Below, one piece after another: positions 32,501-40,855 of a stretch of DNA of 64,000 nucleotides; positions within the stretch are counted from its first letter, which is position 1; every line of letters starts with the position of its first letter. This DNA comes from Terriglobia bacterium (GTDB lineage: Bacteria > Acidobacteriota > Terriglobia > JAJPHL01 > JAPKYU01), in the NCBI GenBank assembly GCA_965223005.1, contig CBDCVK010000005.1, positions 64,001 through 128,000 on the forward strand, written 5' to 3'. A program made the position numbers and the translations under genes. The notes under the pieces are model-generated. The model had not been told where the DNA came from and ran no database searches. It was given only the letters and a program-made list of their open reading frames with translations.

Positions 32501-32654
32501 GATTCTCGAGCAGGCTCGGGAAGAAGCATCAGCCACGTTGGCGACCCTCTGCTCGCAGTGGGTGGCGCGGAGTGAGTTGGAACTGCGGCGGCGCCTTTAC
32601 GAGGCTCAGCAGAAGCCGATACCGCCAGGCAAGGCGGAGGCGGAAAGCGCCTAG
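29595..32654 (+). CDS. PilZ-domain protein with ~880-aa helical/coiled-coil tail
   Basis: RRRSPR (RxxxR) and DISRHG (DxSxxG) at the N-terminus. The remainder is A/E/Q/R/L-rich and poor in Pro and Gly. Confidence 0.8.
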   Translation: MGATDIRKPNGNRRRSPRLARVVEVEIAGRGADGKVLVESTSTCDISRHGASLTARTAFPRSAPLAIRRSGGKPALARVVSVKSCSQPGLQQLGVRFLEDESYWEHGFPPDWQDKDAAAVEDEKPAEEPAAAHQRVHALDESLERVLRKGETLRAQAETMLREFAEQMEAARRQGVSALAPQLDLLAARKNIAREELTDQGRCAAEAIRAQEERAGASLVRQAAGTEEKIGKLAQQFEAAMQAALEKYQQTLAQEGSKAQEIVVSSAASLEAHQQGVAELEAQSASWREQMAASLNSLRQDAERITHRSRGEMHGASLASIQEFRKLTPQLVDEASRSFAAVLGEQKSAATRWIAQSLETARANFTELQNASRATLAEHAGQGLEQFKTSLQKRLREAKEAGSAEAAAVEARLQRVRTSLQELAKWSERAISSTQEKLSATTGQAETHLRETATRHLRELGEAAAKAFERLEQQAESLKTGAAEATRQLGEQARDVQQMRLTLDQSAEQKREALDALFSSLTNRYDQRKEALDRLLETLENGRADLRANLDSLRTCTEENQAQIERFAAGQEASLKSRTLELEQKLRAGALALEKELQERAARPLESLRNAFSAGLGQAAAHAQQRFSQTLAAEMGKAVPRVAELASTLDRHTEERCKELGAVSAALAQRLHQVRQEVEASAQAGVEHLAQHAADTEHSVKQAAQDAVGAVADSNAKAATAGGEILDAIRQTRASMTREGAEMENQARQRHQRLEAQFAGFSSALEDKRTSLISFYSSVDQTKAELALSVAAAERRVEDARTALDETHQEMQAVLDRRAEALTTRHHQKLKEWLNAGQREIGAVGEAAQEVFQARIRSALDRTLEQAEKRLEQAGGSRVAGLERSVETLRRDYERRLQHLAQQYEEACQKQTRMLTDSVADAAVPVRDQTQQMSRTAIERVREAHEMLLRETPARVAQAEAAFRQSLERILEQAREEASATLATLCSQWVARSELELRRRLYEAQQKPIPPGKAEAESA

Positions 32655-32665
32655 ACGCCGCACAA

Positions 32666-34354
32666 CTAATGTACTTGGGATCTGCGCTCCTGGTATCTCT
32701 GGTGGGCCGCACGCAGCAGTTGATCTAGCGGATCCGTCTCCGCAATCTCTTCTGAAATAGTTGCCCCCCATCCCCTTTCGGATCCTCGCTCCTGTACTCC
32801 CTGCTCGGCTGGCAGCTCAACCGAGTCCAGCACTTCACCTATTGGTTCCGTCTCTAAAATCTCTCCCGCGGCGTTCTCTGCCACCATGGTCGTCCCCAAT
32901 TCCACTTCCGGTCCTCGGGCCTCTTCTCCCTGCACGGCTGGAGGCTCAGCGAAACTCAACGCCTGCTTCAGTAGTTCCGGCTCCGGAATCTGTTCCGCGG
33001 CGCTCTCTGCCACCATGGTCGCCCCCAATTCCACTTCCGGTCCTTGGGCCTCTTCCCTTTGCACGGCTGGGGCCTCAGCAGAACGCAACACCCGATCGAT
33101 TGGTTCCGTCTCCGCAATCTCCTCCGCCGTGGTCGCCCCTAATTCCCTGAACTTGCGAACACTGGGTAGAAGCCGGGATTTTAGAGAACCAAGAGTCTTA
33201 TTGAAGGCGTCCACCGCGTCATCCAGCGCTGCGCGCAACTTGCTGAAGTGATCCCAAAAAATAGAAACACGTTCGTAAACTTCTTTCCCCGCCTCGCTGA
33301 TCTCACGCGCGTTCGCGGCGACGGCTTCTTGTCGCCATCCGTAAGCGGCTGCTTTCAGAAGAGCGATCAGAGTCACCGGGGTCGCAATGAGCACCCGGTT
33401 TTCAATTGCGTGTTCCACCAGAGAAAGATCCCGGTCGACGGCAGCACTAAAGAATGGCTCTCCCGGAAGGAAAAGCACTGTGAATTCGGGAGCGGCGGCC
33501 AGCCCTTCCCAGTAGGCCTTGGAGGACAGCTGGTCCACGTGGCTCCGCACGTGCTTGGCATGGAGGGTGAGAGCCGAGTTCCTTTCCTCGTCCGTGTTTG
33601 CCTCCACCGCGTCAAGGTATGCGTCAAGCGGCACTTTGGAATCCACAGGGACGGAAAGGCCACCGGGCATGTGCACGACCATGTCGGGACGGCGATATCG
33701 ACCATCTTCGGTATTCACCGTGGGTTGTTCCGCGAAGTCACAATGCTCTGCCATCCCCGCAAGTTCCGCGGCACGCCGCAACGTCAGTTCTCCCCAACGG
33801 CTGCGAACATGCGGGCGCCGTAGCGCAGAAACCAGGTTTGCCGTCTCCCGTCGGAGAAGGTCTTGTGTTTCCCCAATCCCTTTCAGCAAACCCTGCAGGT
33901 CTCCATATGCTCTTTGGCGCTCGCCTTCAATCGACTGCAGATGTCCTTCGTACCTAGTGAGCGCCTCGGCAAGCGGTTTGACCAGCGCCTCAACCTCTGT
34001 CCTGCGCTGCTTCAGGTCTCCTTCCGCCTCGCCCCGGAGTGTGCTGAACTTTTGGGTCGCGAGGTCAAGAAACGCTTCGTTGTTGGTTTTTAACGTCTGA
34101 GCCGCGTGTTCGCTGAACTCGGCTGATAGTTGAGTGCGGGCTTCCTCTATCAATTTTTCCTTCTCTCGCAGTATTTGTTGCTGTGATGTAAGAAAAGCCT
34201 CCGAGGTTGCCTTGCTAAGTTCCGCCTCCTGCAAACGTTCTTGGAAGGACGGGGGAACGCGATCGCGAGTGAGCACCCAAGTGAAGAGGCCGCCGACTAG
34301 GACTCCGGCAAGCAGACTAAGCGCAATCGCGACAAACGCTACAGATACACTCAT
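32666..34354 (-). CDS. rmuC: DNA recombination protein RmuC with repeat-expanded acidic C-terminus
   Basis: N-terminal TM and coiled coil; WGELTL, RPDMVV, VDSKVP, FTVLFLPGE and PVTLIALLK. Confidence 0.92.
   Translation of the reverse strand: MSVSVAFVAIALSLLAGVLVGGLFTWVLTRDRVPPSFQERLQEAELSKATSEAFLTSQQQILREKEKLIEEARTQLSAEFSEHAAQTLKTNNEAFLDLATQKFSTLRGEAEGDLKQRRTEVEALVKPLAEALTRYEGHLQSIEGERQRAYGDLQGLLKGIGETQDLLRRETANLVSALRRPHVRSRWGELTLRRAAELAGMAEHCDFAEQPTVNTEDGRYRRPDMVVHMPGGLSVPVDSKVPLDAYLDAVEANTDEERNSALTLHAKHVRSHVDQLSSKAYWEGLAAAPEFTVLFLPGEPFFSAAVDRDLSLVEHAIENRVLIATPVTLIALLKAAAYGWRQEAVAANAREISEAGKEVYERVSIFWDHFSKLRAALDDAVDAFNKTLGSLKSRLLPSVRKFRELGATTAEEIAETEPIDRVLRSAEAPAVQREEAQGPEVELGATMVAESAAEQIPEPELLKQALSFAEPPAVQGEEARGPEVELGTTMVAENAAGEILETEPIGEVLDSVELPAEQGVQERGSERGWGATISEEIAETDPLDQLLRAAHQRYQERRSQVH
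32700..33150 (-). repeat. Intragenic tandem repeat (about 4 units of 38-43 aa) in the rmuC 3' end
   Basis: Units begin ELGATT / ELGATM / ELGTTM / GWGATI. DNA 32871-32942 is nearly identical to 33000-33071 (129-bp period). Confidence 0.85.
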
Positions 34355-34371
34355 CTCAGTCCCTTCCTCAC

Positions 34372-34683
34372 CTAGTAGGGCAGCCGGGCCAGCAGCTTCC
34401 CGAGCGCCCCGCGTTGCTCCCCCGACAGCGCCTCAAACTCGCCGGCAAACCCGGTGCCGGTGATTCGCCGCACCTGGCAGGGCAGACGAATGGCTTCGGC
34501 GCCCGAACCCAGAGTGATCTGGACCTCAGCTTCTGCCGGAGGCGGCGAAGCCGCTTCGACGAAGATGCTGTCCTGGCTCAATTCGGTGGCCTCGCCGGTG
34601 ATGCGCCGGCCTTTCCACTCAGCGGCTACGGCTTCCCGCAGCCTGCAACGTCCCCGTTCTCGCCGGTCAATGTCCTCGATCAT
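34372..34683 (-). CDS. Stand-alone PilZ domain protein
   Basis: DRRERGR RxxxR motif; second motif degenerate (ELSQDS); PilZ-like beta pattern VRR....GFAGEF. Start ATG 34683 after GGAGG. Confidence 0.75.
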   Translation of the reverse strand: MIEDIDRRERGRCRLREAVAAEWKGRRITGEATELSQDSIFVEAASPPPAEAEVQITLGSGAEAIRLPCQVRRITGTGFAGEFEALSGEQRGALGKLLARLPY

Positions 34684-34788
34684 GCCTCCACCTCGCGCAC
34701 CCATTGTAGCGCGCCCCGATCGATTCAGGCGCCTGTTCTTGTCCGTCTCCGGAGCCCCACCGCCGCCATAGATTCAGGAGCAGGAGAT

Positions 34789-35228
34789 CTAACTTTCAAC
34801 ATGCTGCTTCAGTCCTTGTAGGAGTTTCACCATTCCCCTCCTGTAATACGCCCGTACAAAGACTGCATCGAGAAGCTTCCCCAATGGACCAAATTTGAGC
34901 GTGTATCTCGGCGACACGGTGATTGCTGTTTCCTCGCCTTGGGCTTCGAGCACGAATCTTATATCCGCTGTCTTGAACGGGAGGTTTGTCCCGACAATTC
35001 GCATTGTCAACTCTTCACCTGGCCTCCAATCAACACCTTTTCATCGAGATAATTCTTTCCGCCTAGCTCACAACGTCGTCCTGAGCCTACTCCGGTTTCT
35101 CCAGTCGTTGTCTTTCGAGAAGAAACAACTCCAGGATTCCATTTGTATATGGACCCTATATCGGCCAGGGCATCCCAAACCGCCTCTTTGGGGGCGCTAA
35201 TTCGAATCTGTTCCGCGAAGGCACTCAC
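34789..35228 (-). pseudogene. SRPBCC (polyketide cyclase/START-like) gene split by a 1-nt frameshift
   Basis: First half IRISAPKEAVWDALAD...WNPGV. Restoring one base near 35034 gives EKV-x-DWRPGEELTMRI, joining the two ORFs 35007..35270 and 34789..35010. Confidence 0.8.
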
Positions 35229-35299
35229 CGTTTCATCTCTACTCTTGCGTGGAAGCGACCTGAGCAGCAACCTCTGACCATTTTAGCGTTTTGCCAGCA

Positions 35300-36313
35300 C
35301 TACCGCGCTCGATCCTCGTCCGGGATCAGGCGCAGGACCAAAGTTTTCTCCGGCAGCTCCATTTCCCGGGGACAGCGCCAGGGCCGGGGACAACGCCAAG
35401 GACAGAAGACTGCTGGCCCGGCGCGCAGTTCTCTGTGCGGCGTCTCCACAATGACGTGCTGCTTGGCGGAGACGATTCGCGACCGCCGCAGCTGTCGCCC
35501 GTTCTTCCGGAGACTTAGATAATCGCCCGGCAGAGGCCGGATGTTGGGTGGGGGCAGGCAGACGTAGGTATCCGGTAAGTGTGTGCGCACCAGCGATTCG
35601 AGCGGCAGCGGGTACTCTACTGGCCGCCGCCTATTGAGCTTTGCAGCACGGCCTCCGGGGTCTGTTTTCAGTTCCCACAGGTCATGCCCCAGCGACTGGA
35701 ACTTGTGCACCAGAACCCACCGCAAGCCACCCCGCTGGCTGCGAAAGTAATTCCACGGAAGCGTGTCGGACAGGACCTGGTCGGTATTGGCACACCCGCC
35801 ATGATCATCAAGCGATGCTTTAATCTTGTCCAGTAATAGCTTGAAAGCGCTCACTCTGTTCCTGGTCGATACACCTCCCTCCGCCGCCCTGTAAGCCAAC
35901 CCAAGTTGCCCCCGCAGGTGTGGCCCGAAGGCCTCTCGCACTGTACAGGCTGGAGCCTGGTGACGGGCGTCGATCCCCATGCGCACTCCGGAATCCGCAT
36001 CCGTCGCCGGCCCCACTTTCACGAGCAGCAAGCCTGCCCCGTGCCGCTTCAGCACCGCCCGCCTTCGGGGCGGAATCCGTGCCCCATCTGGCACGGCGAC
36101 GTAGGATTCCCAAACGTAGCGCTTGTTGCGCCCAGCCTGGCGAACCGCGCCGCGCGAAAACCAGGGCTTCAACTCCACGGCCACAGTCACGGGCTCGCGC
36201 ACCGCCAGCAGGTCCACGTAACCACCGTGTGGCGCGGGCACCTCGGCATACACGGCATAGCCCGTGCTCTCGAAGTGCCGCTTCAGCGCCGGATACAAAT
36301 CGGCTTCCCGCAT
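35300..36313 (-). CDS. Hypothetical protein with N-terminal PD-(D/E)XK nuclease-like domain (DUF2161-like)
   Basis: MREADLY..LK..F...GY.VYAEV....VDLLA.....AVELK and Q.....YVAVP motif pattern. Confidence 0.7.
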   Translation of the reverse strand: MREADLYPALKRHFESTGYAVYAEVPAPHGGYVDLLAVREPVTVAVELKPWFSRGAVRQAGRNKRYVWESYVAVPDGARIPPRRRAVLKRHGAGLLLVKVGPATDADSGVRMGIDARHQAPACTVREAFGPHLRGQLGLAYRAAEGGVSTRNRVSAFKLLLDKIKASLDDHGGCANTDQVLSDTLPWNYFRSQRGGLRWVLVHKFQSLGHDLWELKTDPGGRAAKLNRRRPVEYPLPLESLVRTHLPDTYVCLPPPNIRPLPGDYLSLRKNGRQLRRSRIVSAKQHVIVETPHRELRAGPAVFCPWRCPRPWRCPREMELPEKTLVLRLIPDEDRAR

Positions 36314-36511
36314 CGCTGCTGAATGTACCCCGACGCGCTGCTACTTGTGCCCTCTCACCGAGTGACGCCTAAGGCACTTTTCCCCCAGGCAGCAGCGGGA
36401 GCGGAAGAAGGATTGAAGCGCCCCTGGGGCTGGGAAGGAATCCCTAGCGTTAGAAACCAAGGCCGAATGTGTTTGTGTAGCAGTCTTCGACAGGCCTCCA
36501 CCCGCCACTGC

Positions 36512-37945
36512 TCACTCGTGTTTCACGGGCAGCGGGCCTTTGTGCTTCCAAAGTCGTTCTTTGAGCCGAGGAAACAGTTTCAGGGCGTTGTCGCGCAGGA
36601 TGTTGCGGCCGATCCTGCGCGCATCCTTCTCGCGCAGCTGGCCGCTAATGACTTTTTCGGCCAGGACCTCAGCCAAGCAGCGGAGGCTAAATTCCGTCGA
36701 AGCGTAGACACCCTCGGCGTATTCGGTGTCAGCACCCCACATGATCCGATCCGACGGAATAATATCGAGCCACTCGTGAAACGCTCGCTTGGCGACCGTG
36801 GTGCTGATGAGCGGCAGCCAGCAGGAATCGAGCCACACATTGGGCGGATGCGGCGCGGCGGCAAGAATCCGACGAAAGGCAATGGCCGCTGTCTCGCTCA
36901 CCCAAGGGTAGCCGCCGTGGAACAGGATGAACTTGGTCCGCGGATTGGCATTTATGAGGTCAACCAACAAAAGTGGGTTCGAGGGCTGGAGGTGGTACCC
37001 CGTGTGGATTTGAAAGGGCAGGTCGTACTTGGCGCTCAGCTCGACCAGCCGCCACATCATGAAATCCTCGAAGCCCTTGATCTCCTCAGCCGACAACTCC
37101 TTTCGAGGCCGGCCGAAAACGCGAGCCGCCCGCTCCTTGTCGACATTTTCAAAGTGAAGGCTGCGCTGGGTGTGTACTTTCAGCCCGACCGCTCCATGCT
37201 CCTTGGCGGTTTGGAAGGCACGATCCACCACCACGAGATAGTCGTCCAGTGACTCCACCTTCAGTCCTCGTTCCCGGGCGAAGCGGTAGGGATCAGATGA
37301 AGAAGTTGGCGGGCTGAACGAAACTGAAGGTTCTTTGAACTCAGCGGAGTGGAATCCGTTCAATAGAAACCCCACTCTGAAGATGATGACCTCAAACGGA
37401 TGGTAGAGCTTGAAATCAAGCGGCGCCCAATAGCGATCGTTGAGCATCAATTCAATGTTGGACCGCTCGGTGATGACCTCGTACAGCCACTTCTTGTTAC
37501 GATAGTTCTCAAAGATGCGCCGGTCCAGCGAGGCTGCCTGTTCGTCCGTGATGCTGTTGAAGTCGATACCATAGAGATCCTGGAATGCGGGGAGCATATA
37601 GCGATATTGGCTCAAAGCCCGCGCCTCATCAAAGTCGCCCTTGGCTCGCGACCACCACTCCTTAAAAGGTTCACCAGGCTTCCACGGAGTGAGCCGCCGG
37701 TAGAGTTGGTAATAAGAGCGCGACCAAATGCCATAGAGGTTGATGCCGCGGCCATGTTCCGTCTCGACGTAAGGAGGCAACTGATCAAACGGCCGGATGT
37801 GATTGTGGGTGTCGATAATCGGCACGGTATCCAGAAATGCCTTGATTCGCTGGTAGGCTGCGGTGTCGCGGGTGGCCTGACCCGTGGCTGCAACAGGAAG
37901 TGATAGAAAGCAGCAGACGGCGGCAGTAAGTATGCATCTTGGCAC
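36512..37945 (-). CDS. Exported amidohydrolase-superfamily protein
   Basis: IIDTHNH, FQIHTG, LFHGGYPW and MWGAD. Start GTG 37945 after AGGAG gives a clean signal peptide. Confidence 0.85.
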   Translation of the reverse strand: MPRCILTAAVCCFLSLPVAATGQATRDTAAYQRIKAFLDTVPIIDTHNHIRPFDQLPPYVETEHGRGINLYGIWSRSYYQLYRRLTPWKPGEPFKEWWSRAKGDFDEARALSQYRYMLPAFQDLYGIDFNSITDEQAASLDRRIFENYRNKKWLYEVITERSNIELMLNDRYWAPLDFKLYHPFEVIIFRVGFLLNGFHSAEFKEPSVSFSPPTSSSDPYRFARERGLKVESLDDYLVVVDRAFQTAKEHGAVGLKVHTQRSLHFENVDKERAARVFGRPRKELSAEEIKGFEDFMMWRLVELSAKYDLPFQIHTGYHLQPSNPLLLVDLINANPRTKFILFHGGYPWVSETAAIAFRRILAAAPHPPNVWLDSCWLPLISTTVAKRAFHEWLDIIPSDRIMWGADTEYAEGVYASTEFSLRCLAEVLAEKVISGQLREKDARRIGRNILRDNALKLFPRLKERLWKHKGPLPVKHE

Positions 37946-37976
37946 GATTTGCTCCTGTTTCACTTTAGCCGGCCTT

Positions 37977-38025
37977 TTAGCCGGAATTAGCTTCTTGGCT
38001 CTCCGGCGGTTGAGAATATACACCC
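37977..38025 (-). repeat. 49-bp promoter/hairpin segment, copy 1 (copy 2 at 47102-47150)
   Basis: 41/49 identical by eye. The minus strand reads -10-like TATATT, then a GCCGGAG...TTCCGGC stem. Confidence 0.8.
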
Positions 38026-38261
38026 GTTTGCGCCCCAGTCGTGCCCTCACTGCCAGGCGAGAGGGGAATCGAACTGCTCAGGAGTGCTCAGGATGCACCG
38101 TGGCGATATGAGCTTGAACCGACAGGGTGGCTGGTGTATGCTGTTGAGTAGAAGAGAGGAAACTCAAATCGGAAATTCCCGCTAGAGGCGCTGCCCCATG
38201 AAGGAGACATCAGGAACGCGCAGGGTTGGCGAGCCGTGCGAAAGCAAACTTAGGAGAAACG

Positions 38262-40853
38262 ATGTACTTTAGGCCCCGAGCAGTCCTTCTTGGCTTGGTG
38301 CTTGCCGGCCTCTGTCCACTTCTGAGCCTGGCGTGGGCAGGTGCGCCGGAGGTCGATTTTCGTCGTGACATTGAGCCGCTTTTCCGGTCTCGCTGTTACT
38401 TGTGCCACGGCTCCAAGCAGCAAATGCACGGGCTGCGGCTCGACCGTCGCCAGGACGCGCTGCGCGGCGGCGAATCCGGCCCACTCCTCCAAGCCGGGAA
38501 CAGCAGTGCCAGCGAGTTAATCCTGAGAGTAACGGGGCAGGCCGACAGGTCGCCCATGCCCCCCGTGGGCGAGCGCCTGACAGCGGAAGAGATTGCCACT
38601 CTCCGGGCGTGGATTGACCAAGGAGCGCCCTGGCCGCAGGAGGAAACAGCGGCGGCGACCGACCAGGAAGCCGATGGCGGTCAGTCGACGCACTGGTCGT
38701 TGCGGCCAATTCGCAGGCCGCCTGTTCCAGCCACTCGAAGCTCGGAAGGGGTACTCAACCCGATCGACGCGTTTATTCTTGCCCGGCTCGAGGACAAGGG
38801 AATCCAGCCATCGCCCGAAGCCGACAAACGAACACTCATTCGGCGCCTTAGCCTTGATCTGATCGGGCTGCCGCCCTCCCCCGACGAGGTCGACCAGTTC
38901 CTGGCCGACGAGGGCCGGAATGCGTACGAGCGTCTCGTGGAGGATCGTTTGCTGTCGCCGCACTTCGGAGAAAAATGGGCCCGGCACTGGCTCGACCAGG
39001 CACACTATGCCGACAGCGACGGTTACGATCGCGACCTACCTCGGCCGCATGCTTGGCGCTGGCGGCACTGGGTCATCGAGGCGCTGAATCGCGACATGCC
39101 GTTCGACAAGTTCACAGTCGAACAGATCGCCGGGGACTTGCTGCCCAACGCCACACCCGACCAAAAAGCGGCTACGGGTTTCTTCCGCAACACGCTCTCC
39201 AATCGCGAGAGCGGGGCGAAGTTAGAGGAGTTTCGCTTCGAGAAGATCGTCGATCGCGCGAACAGTCTGGGGACGGTCTGGCTCGGACTGACGGTCGCCT
39301 GCGCCCAATGCCACAACCACAAGTACGACCCGATCAGCCAGAAGGAGTATTACCAGCTCTTTGCCTTCTTCAATACGGCGGAAGAGCGCGACGTCGAAGC
39401 CCCCTTGCCAGGTGAGTGGGGTCCTTACTTGAAACATCGGGACGAGTACCACCGCAAGCGTGACGAACTGCTCGAGAAGTATGGCGTGACCGAGATCCAG
39501 CCGGAATGGGAGCGGCGCCTGATTGCCGCCTACGAGAACCCCGGTAAGTGGACCATCTGGGACGAGGTTTATGAAAATTTTGAGAAGAAGGTCGATCACG
39601 GCCTGAGGTTCCTCAGGATCCCCGCCGCGCAGCGCACGCGCCAACAGCAGGACGCGGTCACCAATCACCTCCTCAAGTATTATCACCAGGTGATTGGAAA
39701 GGAGGCTTATAAGGAGCGAGGATTCCCTGAATGGAACAAAGAGTTGCTCGCGCTCCGAGCCTCCTTCCCAAATATCAGCATGGCGCAAACGATCACCCAA
39801 AGCCCAGAGTCCCGGACAAATCACATTCACGTGCGTGGAAGCTACCGCGCGAAGGGGGTCGAGGTGAGCCCGGGCACGCTTGGCGTGTTGCATCCGTTTT
39901 CCCCGGCAGGTCCGGAAGCTTCGCGCCTGGATTTGGCCTACTGGATCGTCTCGCGGGAAAACCCGCTGACAGCTCGGGTCATCGTGAACCGTATCTGGCA
40001 GGAGTATTTTGGGCAGGGCCTGGTGACGACCTCGGACAACTTTGGGACCCAGGGCGAGAAGCCTTCCCACCCCGAGTTGCTCGACTGGCTGGCGTCGGAG
40101 TTTATGGATAGCGACTGGAGTATGAAGCGAATCCATAGGTTGGTGGTGACGTCGGCCACCTACCGGCGATCGTCGAAAGCGCGACCTGAGCTGGCGGAGC
40201 GGGACCCCGGCAACCGCTTGCTCGCCCGGCAGACTGCGTTTCGCCTTCCGGCGGAACTGTTGCGGGACTCCACCCTCGCGGCGAGCGGCTTGTTGTATCC
40301 GGCGGTGGGTGGCCGGAACGTTTTCCCGCCGCAGCCTGACTCCGTACTCGAGCTCAAACTGGGCTATGATCCGGTTTGGGAAGAGAGTCGCGGCAAAGAT
40401 CTCTACAGGCGCGGCCTCTACATTCACTTCCTGCGCACTTCGCCCTATCCTTTGCTTCAGAATTTTGACGCACCCGACGCGACCACGGCTGCTTGCCGCC
40501 GGGAACGCTCCAATACCCCCTTACAGGCGCTGAACCTGCTGAACGATCCCGTGTTTTTCGAAGCCGCGCAGTTTCTGGCGCTTCGGATTCTGAAGGAACT
40601 GCCCGCCGCCTCGTTTCACGACCGGCTGGACTATGGCTTCCGGTTGTGCCTGGCCCGGCCGCCGTCCGCAAATGAGTCGGAAGTGATGCTGTCGTATCTC
40701 ACTCGACAGAAAGCAATCCTCGAAAAGGAACCCGAATCCGTAACCGAGTTACTGCCTTGGGATATCGACGGGACAGATCAAACAGAAGCGGCGGCCTGGG
40801 TCGGCCTCAGCCGGGTGCTGCTGAATCTGGACGAATTCTTGACGAGAGAGTAG
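38262..40853 (+). CDS. Planctomycete cytochrome c (PSCyt1) + DUF1549 + DUF1553 (PSD1) protein
   Basis: CYLCHG and CAQCHNHKYDP heme motifs, LIRRLSLDLIGLPP, PSHPELLDWLA and NTPLQALNLLND. Start ATG 38262 after AGGAG. Confidence 0.93.
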   Translation: MYFRPRAVLLGLVLAGLCPLLSLAWAGAPEVDFRRDIEPLFRSRCYLCHGSKQQMHGLRLDRRQDALRGGESGPLLQAGNSSASELILRVTGQADRSPMPPVGERLTAEEIATLRAWIDQGAPWPQEETAAATDQEADGGQSTHWSLRPIRRPPVPATRSSEGVLNPIDAFILARLEDKGIQPSPEADKRTLIRRLSLDLIGLPPSPDEVDQFLADEGRNAYERLVEDRLLSPHFGEKWARHWLDQAHYADSDGYDRDLPRPHAWRWRHWVIEALNRDMPFDKFTVEQIAGDLLPNATPDQKAATGFFRNTLSNRESGAKLEEFRFEKIVDRANSLGTVWLGLTVACAQCHNHKYDPISQKEYYQLFAFFNTAEERDVEAPLPGEWGPYLKHRDEYHRKRDELLEKYGVTEIQPEWERRLIAAYENPGKWTIWDEVYENFEKKVDHGLRFLRIPAAQRTRQQQDAVTNHLLKYYHQVIGKEAYKERGFPEWNKELLALRASFPNISMAQTITQSPESRTNHIHVRGSYRAKGVEVSPGTLGVLHPFSPAGPEASRLDLAYWIVSRENPLTARVIVNRIWQEYFGQGLVTTSDNFGTQGEKPSHPELLDWLASEFMDSDWSMKRIHRLVVTSATYRRSSKARPELAERDPGNRLLARQTAFRLPAELLRDSTLAASGLLYPAVGGRNVFPPQPDSVLELKLGYDPVWEESRGKDLYRRGLYIHFLRTSPYPLLQNFDAPDATTAACRRERSNTPLQALNLLNDPVFFEAAQFLALRILKELPAASFHDRLDYGFRLCLARPPSANESEVMLSYLTRQKAILEKEPESVTELLPWDIDGTDQTEAAAWVGLSRVLLNLDEFLTRE

Positions 40854-40855
40854 CC

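Noticed and set aside
38075-38093. TGCTCAGGA tandem pair as a regulator site
   Set aside because: It has only two short copies and I saw no recurrence elsewhere in the window, so it cannot be distinguished from chance.
39222-40427. Long antisense ORFs (also 15173..16042, 26481..27434, 36323..37252, 43721..44620, 46128..47003)
   Set aside because: They are shadows of well-supported genes on the opposite strand, expected at high GC, and have no recognisable motifs.
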